Positions 56,614 through 64,000 of a DNA stretch of 64,000 bases are shown here, piece by piece (positions within the stretch are counted from its first letter, which is position 1; every line of letters begins with the position of its first letter). The notes beneath the pieces are model-generated. The model saw only the letters and a list, made by a program, of their open reading frames with translations. It did not search any database and was not told the origin of the DNA. Both the position numbers and the translations under genes were made by a program. Source of the DNA: a phage; NCBI GenBank assembly GCA_020619395.1, contig GCA_020619395.1_4860.1; one strand, given 5' to 3'.

Positions 56614-56654
56614 GTAAAAAGACAAAAAATTAAGGGGTCCGAAGACCCCTTAAT
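56614..56654 (-). terminator. Rho-independent terminator
   Basis: Minus-strand TTAAGGGGTC-TTCG-GACCCCTTAA followed by TTTTTTGTCTTTTT. Confidence 0.75.
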
Positions 56655-56656
56655 GA

Positions 56657-57313
56657 TTACAGTTCAGGTTTGGAGACAAGCGCCGTCCAAGTTTCAGAAT
56701 GTTTGACACTGACGTGCGCCAAGCGATTCACCATGAACGCAAATTTGTCCATATGCTTCTGCACTTCGTTATCAGTCAGATTACCAGCGATAACTTTACC
56801 GTCTTTGGTCAGCACGATATAACCGTGGTTGTTGTCTACCGTAGTAAACGCCACGTCAATCGTAACTGGGTACAGTTTCACCAGCGTCGGCAGAATATGA
56901 CCAACACGATCCGCCATACCCGCAAGCTGACCACAAAGGTCGGCTTTATCCTGCATAAACAAACGCAACATCGCTACTGCAAACACCGGATAGATGTTTT
57001 CGATTTGCGTGTCGTAACGAGACAGACCGATAACTTCATCACCACGTGTTAGCACCATGTTGTTCAGATGCGCGCCTTTATAGATGGTAAAGCGTACGTC
57101 GCTACCAAGGTTAACCGCAACGATTTCCTGACCAAGGTCAATCGGATATTCGCGCTCGATGTGAATTGTTTTCAGACGTTCACTGATTGGTACAATTACA
57201 TCCGGTTTAGGAATGGTAGGTGAACGCGGAGATTCGGTAGTACGCGTTTTTGTGGCTTTAATCGCGTTGCTTGCCATTGAATCTTTTGCTACAGTTTTAG
57301 GGGCCTTCGCCAT
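56657..57313 (-). CDS. Hypothetical protein (218 aa)
   Basis: ATG 57313 with AAGGAG 7 nt upstream (tracked 57391 overlaps upstream gene). Confidence 0.55.
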   Translation of the reverse strand: MAKAPKTVAKDSMASNAIKATKTRTTESPRSPTIPKPDVIVPISERLKTIHIEREYPIDLGQEIVAVNLGSDVRFTIYKGAHLNNMVLTRGDEVIGLSRYDTQIENIYPVFAVAMLRLFMQDKADLCGQLAGMADRVGHILPTLVKLYPVTIDVAFTTVDNNHGYIVLTKDGKVIAGNLTDNEVQKHMDKFAFMVNRLAHVSVKHSETWTALVSKPEL

Positions 57314-57335
57314 GATATACTCCTTAAGGGTTATA

Positions 57336-57725
57336 TTAGTTATCCCAGAAAGCTGCTTCTGGAAAGTCGTGTTCAAATGCCCGACGGTCATTCTCTACAC
57401 GGTTTAAATGTGTCGGTAAAGACACGCAGTTATTACAGATACAAAGTTCTTTATCCCCTTGACTGGGGTCAAAGTCGTACCATTTCCACTCAACAGTATC
57501 CCGTTTCGGGAAGGTACCTTTGCAATCGTCGCAGACCACTTCTTCAGCTGCAATTTCAGCCTGCAGCTTTTCCCAGCAGTTCTCGCACATGTAATACGTT
57601 TCGCGGCCCCATGGGTCGCACTCTGCCGTATAACGTGGAGCTATAGACCCCACTTTAAGATGTTTACATCGATCATCCTCTTCCGTCATTACACGACGGG
57701 TGATACCATTTACAAACCAATTCAT
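57336..57725 (-). CDS. Cys-rich zinc-ribbon-like protein (129 aa)
   Basis: Paired Cys motifs CENCWEK, CDDCKG, CICNNC. Confidence 0.55.
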   Translation of the reverse strand: MNWFVNGITRRVMTEEDDRCKHLKVGSIAPRYTAECDPWGRETYYMCENCWEKLQAEIAAEEVVCDDCKGTFPKRDTVEWKWYDFDPSQGDKELCICNNCVSLPTHLNRVENDRRAFEHDFPEAAFWDN

Positions 57726-57736
57726 ACGTTTGCTCC

Positions 57737-58102
57737 CTACATCACTGCAGAAGGTTTACGTGCCATGACTTTAAGTCCTGTTTCTCGTACCCGGATAGGA
57801 CAGTTATTCATGTAGTCGATGCAGGATTCAATTTTGAAGCTATGGCGGCATTTGCCGTTGATGGAACGGTAAACGATTTCGTAATTCAGGCGCAGTGTAT
57901 CGGCAACACGCATCAGAGTTTCGATAGTCACGGCTTTCTCGCGTTCATTTTTAATCGCAGAGATTTGTGACGGTGAGCAGCCTACCAACAATGCAATGTC
58001 TTTCTGCGTAACATCCTTCGCAGTGACACGAGTAATAATGTAAGAGAGACGAACCAGAAATGCTTTCTTTGCCAACACAACAGTTTGATGTTTAAAACGC
58101 AT
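57737..58102 (-). CDS. HTH (XRE-like) transcriptional regulator
   Basis: KDIALLVGCSPSQISAIKNEREKAVTIETLMRVADTL fits helix-turn-helix_3 pattern; AAGGAG RBS; first gene after the conserved leader cassette. Confidence 0.65.
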   Translation of the reverse strand: MRFKHQTVVLAKKAFLVRLSYIITRVTAKDVTQKDIALLVGCSPSQISAIKNEREKAVTIETLMRVADTLRLNYEIVYRSINGKCRHSFKIESCIDYMNNCPIRVRETGLKVMARKPSAVM

Positions 58103-58133
58103 TAGAATACTCCTTTAGATTAATAGTCGATTA

Positions 58134-58177
58134 GAGAGTTTAACGACAACTCTCACTAAGGTAATATATATCTGAAA
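58134..58177 (-). promoter_or_regulatory. Conserved upstream motif plus leader hairpin (copy 2 of duplicated leader cassette)
   Basis: Hairpin GAGAGTT-TAACGAC-AACTCTC and AACTCTCACTAAGGTAATATATATCTGAAA; 58103-58180 near-identical to 39995-40072. Confidence 0.45.
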
Positions 58178-58217
58178 TTTAGTGGACTGGAAGCAAAAAG
58201 CATAGGACTGTTCTGAT

Positions 58218-58259
58218 CTGTAAAAAAGACAATGCCCTCTTACCCGAAGGTAAGAGGGG
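58218..58259 (-). terminator. Rho-independent terminator
   Basis: Minus-strand CCCTCTTACC-TTCG-GGTAAGAGGG followed by CATTGTCTTTTTTACAG. Confidence 0.7.
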
Positions 58260-58264
58260 TACAA

Positions 58265-58888
58265 CTAACCTGCCAGAATACGTTCAACGATACGGGCGGC
58301 CTGTAACGCCATATCGTCGTCTGCTGTAATTCGCATCAGTGGAAACTTATCACCACCGTCTGTAGTGATGTGGAACGCAAAACGGTAATGGTCGCGTAAG
58401 GCGTCCCAATCGGTCTGTGAGCGCAGATACTTCGCTGTCAGTACCTCATCATCCCAGTGCTTACCTTGTGCTTCTACGCGCTTCTTAAAGCGTTCTGTGG
58501 CGGTTTCGTAAGATACATCGGTTGCCACGTAAAGCTTTGGTGCGTTAATGTGGTCTAATACTCGCGAACGGAAAACTTCCCCTTTACCATCTACGCCCTG
58601 GTAGACAATGGTCGATTGACAAAAACGGTCAAAAATAACGACATCGTGCTCTGGTACAACGAAATCCATTGTATATTGGAAATCCAGACACATCGCTTTG
58701 GCAATACGTTCATTAGAGGCGTGCTGGATAACCAGAGAGCGTGCACTAATACCGGCTTCAGTGGTATTCGTCGGGTGATTGACGATGGTGACATTAACGC
58801 CAGCGGAGCGCAACATCGCTTGAATCATTTTCGCGAGTGTTGATTTGCCAGAAAAGTCCGGACCATCCAGCGCCACTGAGTTTAACAT
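58265..58888 (-). CDS. tmk: Thymidylate kinase-like dNMP kinase (207 aa)
   Basis: P-loop ALDGPDFSGKST and DRFCQSTIVYQG (DRY..AYQG-like) typical of dTMP kinases. ATG 58888 with GGGGAAG upstream (tracked GTG 58930 lacks SD). Confidence 0.65.
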   Translation of the reverse strand: MLNSVALDGPDFSGKSTLAKMIQAMLRSAGVNVTIVNHPTNTTEAGISARSLVIQHASNERIAKAMCLDFQYTMDFVVPEHDVVIFDRFCQSTIVYQGVDGKGEVFRSRVLDHINAPKLYVATDVSYETATERFKKRVEAQGKHWDDEVLTAKYLRSQTDWDALRDHYRFAFHITTDGGDKFPLMRITADDDMALQAARIVERILAG

Positions 58889-58948
58889 TTTATTCTTCCC
58901 CAAAAGTTTAATTAATTGTAGTGGTGTCACAATATAGCGAGCATACGT

Positions 58949-58986
58949 AAAGAAAAAAAATAATAGGCACTCCGAAGAGTGCCTAG
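58949..58986 (-). terminator. Rho-independent terminator
   Basis: Minus-strand TAGGCACTC-TTCG-GAGTGCCTA followed by TTATTTTTTTTCTTT. Confidence 0.75.
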
Positions 58987-58991
58987 CTTAC

Positions 58992-59756
58992 TTAGAAGTC
59001 AACTCGCGTTTTCGATTTTTCCTCAATGCCTTCTGGCCATGAATCAATCCACGCCTGCAGCACCGCAGCTACACGGGGCTCAGCTAAGAACTTCTTCAAC
59101 AACGGCCATGACTGGAGAGGATATAAAAACTTCAACGAAACTTGACCTGGGTCAAACTCATTCCGAACAGTAAACGGTAAACGGAAATCATAAGTTACCT
59201 GAACAACTGGCTCACTGAAAGGCTGGCCAAAGAAACTCAGGTTCCGAGTTACCGAAAGGACGTGCCCTGCAAACTCACCCCGAATCAGTTCGCTGCTCTT
59301 AACGGAGACAAACGAATAACCGTCGGTGTTCGGCTTACGCAGTCGTTCGGTTTTCATCACGTTAGCGAAGAAGTTATCAATCACTTCTTCGACCAATACG
59401 TAATTCAGACACTCCCCACGCAACGCCTCGAGATTGTGTTGAGACCATGCATCCCATAGCGCCGGTTTTCTGGCAATCAGCTTAAAGAACAGACGTGCAG
59501 AAACCGCCCGGAGTTCGCCGAGCATTTTCTTGGTCAGTTCAGTTTGATCCCAACTAGGGGCACAAAAGATTGTCCTTCCGCCGGAACCTACTAAGGTGGC
59601 ACCGGTCACGCTGTTAATCAGTTTGTGACTTAACATGTGCGGAATACCTTTTGGTGTCAGGTCATTTTCGTTATACGTGAATACGTAGCGATACTGACCA
59701 TCTGCGGTAGGTACGGAAAGCCATTCTTTGGTTGCTGCTTTATTGAGTTTTGACAT
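58992..59756 (-). CDS. Hypothetical protein (254 aa)
   Basis: ORF following conserved upstream motif. Confidence 0.55.
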   Translation of the reverse strand: MSKLNKAATKEWLSVPTADGQYRYVFTYNENDLTPKGIPHMLSHKLINSVTGATLVGSGGRTIFCAPSWDQTELTKKMLGELRAVSARLFFKLIARKPALWDAWSQHNLEALRGECLNYVLVEEVIDNFFANVMKTERLRKPNTDGYSFVSVKSSELIRGEFAGHVLSVTRNLSFFGQPFSEPVVQVTYDFRLPFTVRNEFDPGQVSLKFLYPLQSWPLLKKFLAEPRVAAVLQAWIDSWPEGIEEKSKTRVDF

Positions 59757-59855
59757 TTTGTTTACTCGCTTTTAAGTTTAAGTTGGTGAGTTTTAACCGA
59801 CTCACAACGGCTTCTAGCATATGCTAAGGATGAAACGTAATTTTTGCACGTCTCC

Positions 59856-59879
59856 CTAAGATAACATCTATCCAAAAAA
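59856..59879 (-). promoter_or_regulatory. Conserved upstream motif
   Basis: Plus-strand CTAAGATAACATCTATCCAAAAAA, with TGAAACGTAATTT shared with the 44101-44140 copy. Confidence 0.35.
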
Positions 59880-59880
59880 G

Positions 59881-59913
59881 AATAGAGTCGACCCACTCCC
59901 GAAGGAGTGGGTA
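59881..59913 (-). terminator. Rho-independent terminator
   Basis: Minus-strand ACCCACTCC-TTCG-GGAGTGGGT followed by CGACTCTATTCTTTTTTGG. Confidence 0.6.
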
Positions 59914-59917
59914 TAAC

Positions 59918-60514
59918 TCACTGATGATCAACTGTCGGTTCAGACCACTCGGGAACTGTCGGAAGTTTAATATCAGCTGCGTATTCTGAAGGTACTGCAA
60001 GTGTGGTAAATCCACGACATGCTAAATAGTGCTGCATTCGTGCTGCCTGGTTTGGTGTGTCAGTAATCACCAAATGGGTCTTACGCATAAGTGCGAGTAC
60101 CGCCTGTCCTTCTTGCGGTGTAGGCGTACGTGGATGCTTACTGATAATGCTCATTAACCAGTCACGTGCAATACCACCTACATTACAACTGGCCTCACGC
60201 AAATCAACCACACCTTCTCCCTCACCGACCACCTGTTTGGTGGAGTTAGGATAAAAGCGATACGGTGCACGACGACGCTTACGACGTACTTCTGAAATAG
60301 CACGCCCGAGTATCATCTGTGCATGTTTAACGCTACAGCCTTCCACCGGTCTACGCATGTTCGTTACTAAACAGGCAATCTCTAGTACCTTACCGATTTG
60401 ATAACGACGCTTAAAGCCATGACGACTTATGTCTACGTATTCTGGAAGATTGCCGTTTTTATTGATGTTTGCAACCGTAATCAAAAACAGCGAATCGAGA
60501 ATCATCTCAGACAT
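59918..60514 (-). CDS. Hypothetical protein (198 aa)
   Basis: ATG 60514 with AAGGGGAG 6 nt upstream. Confidence 0.55.
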   Translation of the reverse strand: MSEMILDSLFLITVANINKNGNLPEYVDISRHGFKRRYQIGKVLEIACLVTNMRRPVEGCSVKHAQMILGRAISEVRRKRRRAPYRFYPNSTKQVVGEGEGVVDLREASCNVGGIARDWLMSIISKHPRTPTPQEGQAVLALMRKTHLVITDTPNQAARMQHYLACRGFTTLAVPSEYAADIKLPTVPEWSEPTVDHQ

Positions 60515-60526
60515 CACAGTCTCCCC

Positions 60527-60898
60527 TTAAAACCCCGCAACGACTGCAGCCATAAAGTCATGCACGACTTTACGTTGTTCTGCAAGCGGGTAGCCAAATT
60601 TAGTAATGTCGTGCATCCACCGAACCCGGTGAGTCCGACCATCGTGACTGAATGTGGAGCGCAGTACCAGGAAATAATCCGCACTGACTCGAAAATGTAA
60701 CGAGCAGCTGCCATGTTTGGCTCGCACGGTCAACTGAATACGCTTTACACCGCCGCCTAAATACTTAGCGTCGATGTCGACCTGGTCAACCTCCGACACA
60801 GCCCGTAAGGCTTGCGCGACGTCTTCCAGGTCCCCGTTCTTGCTCACATTAGCGCCATGGAGCGCTGCGGTACAGAGTTGAAGCTCTCGATAGAACAT
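60527..60898 (-). CDS. Hypothetical protein (123 aa)
   Basis: AGGAGA RBS; 55-nt overlap with upstream gene. Confidence 0.5.
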   Translation of the reverse strand: MFYRELQLCTAALHGANVSKNGDLEDVAQALRAVSEVDQVDIDAKYLGGGVKRIQLTVRAKHGSCSLHFRVSADYFLVLRSTFSHDGRTHRVRWMHDITKFGYPLAEQRKVVHDFMAAVVAGF

Positions 60899-61452
60899 CC
60901 TTCTAGTCTCCTGTCCCTCCCATAGTTCAAGGGATTTTTATAATACCAATCTTCATGCACAGGAGTCACGCGGATATACCGGCTGTAAAACAACAAGTAT
61001 TTGTAGAAGGTATCAATACTGACGTCTTTGTCTACCGATAGAAAGTAGTTTAAAGACGGGTCGTCTGGGAACGACACAAAGATACCGGTGAAGTACGCAT
61101 CGGCATAGGGGCCATTAAACGGCGTCACTTCACACCTCAGGCAAGGTAAGCCAACCTGAAACGCGTTCTGTCCTGTCCAGTAAATTCCACGTGTGGTTGC
61201 ATCGCGTGTTTTCCCATCGGGACGACAAACAACCCCTGCTATAAAACTGGACCGTTGACTTGGGTCAGCCGCATTTAAGAACTGGGCTATTCTGTCTACT
61301 GAAAAATATTTTAACGTGCCGGGCGGTAATTGCCAGAACTGTCCCATCGCACGTACCACCTTCCAACCAGGGCGATTTCTTGCCCCAAAACGCTTTACAC
61401 AAAAAGTATATCGCGAGCCAGTCTGATGTGGCACGCTGCGGACAGCTACCAT
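60844..61452 (-). CDS. Hypothetical protein (202 aa)
   Basis: ORF coupled to upstream GNAT gene. Confidence 0.55.
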   Translation of the reverse strand: MVAVRSVPHQTGSRYTFCVKRFGARNRPGWKVVRAMGQFWQLPPGTLKYFSVDRIAQFLNAADPSQRSSFIAGVVCRPDGKTRDATTRGIYWTGQNAFQVGLPCLRCEVTPFNGPYADAYFTGIFVSFPDDPSLNYFLSVDKDVSIDTFYKYLLFYSRYIRVTPVHEDWYYKNPLNYGRDRRLEGCSIESFNSVPQRSMALM

Positions 61453-61453
61453 G

Positions 61454-61921
61454 TTAAAGCTCCTTTACCATATCCTGGTATTCAGTTCGGAATCCGAAAC
61501 GTTCATAAAACGCAATAGCACGGTCGTTATTACCGAGCACGTTAAGCTGCATCCATGCGCAGCCTTTTGATTTGCCATAGTTCTCTACGGCTTCGATCAG
61601 TTCATGACCAACGCCTTGTGAACGAACCGATTCATCTACAAAAAAGTTATATACCCAGAGGAAACGTTGTCCCTTTTTGGTGTAGCCAAAGGTGATGAAG
61701 CCAACAGCCACATCACGGTCATCAACGGCGCAAGCGCACAGCGTACCTTCACCCCAAACCTCCTCCAGTTTTGAGATTTGATTAAACCCTTCACGACCGT
61801 TTAAGTCGGCAAGTTTTATTTTCTGATCGTCGTATAACTTGTTGTGTAGTCCTAACAAGTCGGCGTAATATTTCTTTCCATACGGAGAGTTGGGCTTGGT
61901 GACAAAAACAATTTTCATCAT
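61454..61921 (-). CDS. GNAT-family N-acetyltransferase (155 aa)
   Basis: FFVDESVRSQGVGHELIEAVENYGKSKGCAWMQLNV..AIAFYERFGF matches GNAT motifs A/B. Confidence 0.75.
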   Translation of the reverse strand: MMKIVFVTKPNSPYGKKYYADLLGLHNKLYDDQKIKLADLNGREGFNQISKLEEVWGEGTLCACAVDDRDVAVGFITFGYTKKGQRFLWVYNFFVDESVRSQGVGHELIEAVENYGKSKGCAWMQLNVLGNNDRAIAFYERFGFRTEYQDMVKEL

Positions 61922-63051
61922 TTCACCTCAGCCAACGATTGCTTCGTCCACTCCATTAGACCCTCCGCCACACGTACCAACGCCGTGGTGAAAGCGTCTT
62001 CCATCGCCATTGCATTACGGTAACGTAACGTGGCCTCCTTCAGCTCATCCCCTTCTAGGTTCTTAAGCTCGGACTTCATCGCTTCCACTTCTTCGTAAAT
62101 GCCGGTGTAGCCCACAACACGGTTCTTTGTTCCACGTGCAGCAATAGATTTGATAAGTGCTTCCACAGCCTCTATTGCTTTCCCACACTGATGCATATCC
62201 AGCGATTTAATGGTTTCACCATACTCACCGTCACGCGCAATTGCCCAACTGACCTTACCACTATGGTGCTCAACCACAACGATATTTCCAGGGACAGGAA
62301 AAGCTTCCACCTTTTTAAAGGGATCGATGATGCCAAGCAACCCAGCAGCACGCTTAACTGCCCAGTTCGTGGACTTGCTGATTTGTTTTAAGCCCGGCCC
62401 TTCGAATGCTTTGCTTTTCTTCAGAGCGGTGCGTGTGTAAACCGTGTACTTTTGCACGACGCCTTCGTACGCATTTGTTTGTTTAGAAAACTTAACACAC
62501 GCTTCAAAATCGGGTCGATCTTCAAAGCAAATTTTAGACGTCCAGCTACTCGTGTGAACGTCGACCGCAGCGAGTGTTTTGTGGTCATCTAACAGCGACA
62601 TTCGCGTTTTAAGCTTATTGAGCTTACGTTCCATGAAAGCAGCTTTCGAAGTTATTTCTTTCAAACGGTCGGCTTGTTCTTTCGCTAGCGCTTCCGCGAA
62701 ATCGTAAAAGCGTAATGCGAGCTTTTTCGAAAGTTTACCCGCGCCCTTTGCGGTTGCACCTAGTCCAGCACCCACTAACTTTCCAGTACCTTTAACAGCT
62801 TTCGCAGTAATGCGCCCTGCTGCGCGATGGATGCCAGCCCGCGGGTCAGTATCAGTCATAAACTGAGCACGCTCCATCGCTTCGCGCGATTCACGAGCAA
62901 CCAACATATCTTCACCGTCGTCGGTTAAGCACCAACGCTGACGAATCGCGCAAACCGCAGGGAAGTCGGGCTTAACTCCCAGACCTTCGAGTGCGACCAG
63001 GCGATCGTAGTCGTCAGTCAGGACTTCTAAATCTAAATCGAGCGTCGACAT
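61918..63051 (-). CDS. Hypothetical protein (377 aa)
   Basis: Long ORF; Lys/Ala-rich central segment. Confidence 0.55.
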   Translation of the reverse strand: MSTLDLDLEVLTDDYDRLVALEGLGVKPDFPAVCAIRQRWCLTDDGEDMLVARESREAMERAQFMTDTDPRAGIHRAAGRITAKAVKGTGKLVGAGLGATAKGAGKLSKKLALRFYDFAEALAKEQADRLKEITSKAAFMERKLNKLKTRMSLLDDHKTLAAVDVHTSSWTSKICFEDRPDFEACVKFSKQTNAYEGVVQKYTVYTRTALKKSKAFEGPGLKQISKSTNWAVKRAAGLLGIIDPFKKVEAFPVPGNIVVVEHHSGKVSWAIARDGEYGETIKSLDMHQCGKAIEAVEALIKSIAARGTKNRVVGYTGIYEEVEAMKSELKNLEGDELKEATLRYRNAMAMEDAFTTALVRVAEGLMEWTKQSLAEVK

Positions 63052-63061
63052 CCCCTGCTCC

Positions 63062-63334
63062 TTACATCTGCGTCAAAGTATAGTAGTAGTTGCGATGTGG
63101 CCATCGAACACACAAGGCAAATATCTCTCCCGTATCCGGCGTGGTGTAAACTGTCTGAATTGGGTCATTTTCTTGTGGTGCGACTTTCGAATCAAAACCG
63201 TGGCGTTCCAGGTAATCGAAGAACTCATCCTCGGAGCCTGGGAACAAGCGAAGGCTAGTCACCTTCTTAATCGGTTTTGACGGCGTAGGGAAGAATGCTT
63301 CCCACAAACGACGAGCTAAACTGGTAGTTTGCAT
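63062..63334 (-). CDS. Hypothetical protein (90 aa)
   Basis: ORF in operon orientation. Confidence 0.5.
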   Translation of the reverse strand: MQTTSLARRLWEAFFPTPSKPIKKVTSLRLFPGSEDEFFDYLERHGFDSKVAPQENDPIQTVYTTPDTGEIFALCVRWPHRNYYYTLTQM

Positions 63335-63364
63335 AATAGCGACCTCTGATTAAAGGCAACGTGG

Positions 63365-63964
63365 TCATAATAAGCACAAGCTCTCAAGCCACAGATGTCC
63401 TTCAAGCGCATGGTGGTAACAAGGAATACCACACTGCTTAGCGTATTTCACGCCCATGGCAGTACCGCCGGTCGGATTACCTTGTTTATCTAAAGGCGCA
63501 GAGTAATAAACTGCGTCTACAGGCGTTGCTAAATCATCGCCCATAATTATATTCAGATTACGGCCATGAAGCGCCCAGGCGAACTCCTGGAGCTTTTCTG
63601 GCGCGGGATGAAGCTTACCTACTATCTCACGATAGCGGTCATCCTGAGGGATTACACGGAACTCTACGTTGGGATTCTGTTTCTTGAGCCAGAGCTTTTT
63701 CTCATCGGGTAGGTAACAAATGAACTCATCATCCCACACCACTTTCTTGCCGGTATCTTGGTCGATTGTATTCGCCCACTGTCGGGCAAATCGGAATTGC
63801 AATTGGTCTGGACCACACCAGCAGCCGCCAGAGGAAAAATGAATCGTGTAATCTTTGGCGTGCAGCGCATTAAACCCACGTAACAGTCGCATGTACATTT
63901 CAGACATGGTATCTTCATCAGTCTTCCGAGAACCGATTACCGCAATTTTATAAATCTTTTTCAT
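63365..63964 (-). CDS. Hypothetical protein, possible Rossmann-like nucleotide-binding fold (199 aa)
   Basis: N-terminal KIAVIGSRKTDE..FSSGGCWCGPDQ pattern; fold assignment tentative. Confidence 0.4.
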   Translation of the reverse strand: MKKIYKIAVIGSRKTDEDTMSEMYMRLLRGFNALHAKDYTIHFSSGGCWCGPDQLQFRFARQWANTIDQDTGKKVVWDDEFICYLPDEKKLWLKKQNPNVEFRVIPQDDRYREIVGKLHPAPEKLQEFAWALHGRNLNIIMGDDLATPVDAVYYSAPLDKQGNPTGGTAMGVKYAKQCGIPCYHHALEGHLWLESLCLL

Positions 63965-64000
63965 GGACTTACCTCCTATACGGAGTGGACGATTCGTAAG

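Noticed and set aside
1-64000. Prophage or integrative element features (integrase, att sites), tRNA or rRNA genes
   Set aside because: No recombinase-like ORF, direct-repeat boundaries or tRNA-like cloverleaf candidates were seen; the content is consistent with a lytic phage segment.

Overview
This window reads as part of a large virulent tailed-phage genome, probably from an enterobacterial host (it encodes a Dam-type methylase very close to E. coli Dam); no integrase, tRNA or CRISPR was seen. All calls rest on reading the sequence and motif recall, with no database search. Layout: (1) plus strand 1-15203: two very large tail-fibre genes and a coiled-coil fibre-associated gene, followed directly by an unusual cluster of three Cys-repeat peptide genes, two radical-SAM enzymes (one with a SPASM-like Cys-rich tail) and three unknown proteins. 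This looks like a RiPP-style maturation system embedded in the fibre module and is the main candidate for a new system. (2) minus strand 15285-38658: a cell-wall hydrolase group (M15 peptidase, DUF1353, GH108-like), then about 20 kb of paralogous fibre or receptor-binding-like genes sharing an N-terminal module, including a C-B-A gene triad repeated three times in tandem plus a 30-codon remnant of a fourth copy. (3) minus strand 38815-63964: small early-type genes plus an HslU-like AAA+ ATPase with no HslV partner, a PP-loop ATPase, Dam methylase, two GNAT acetyltransferases, a thymidylate-kinase-like gene and an HTH regulator. Operons are punctuated by stereotyped hairpin terminators and a recurring about 22-bp upstream motif.
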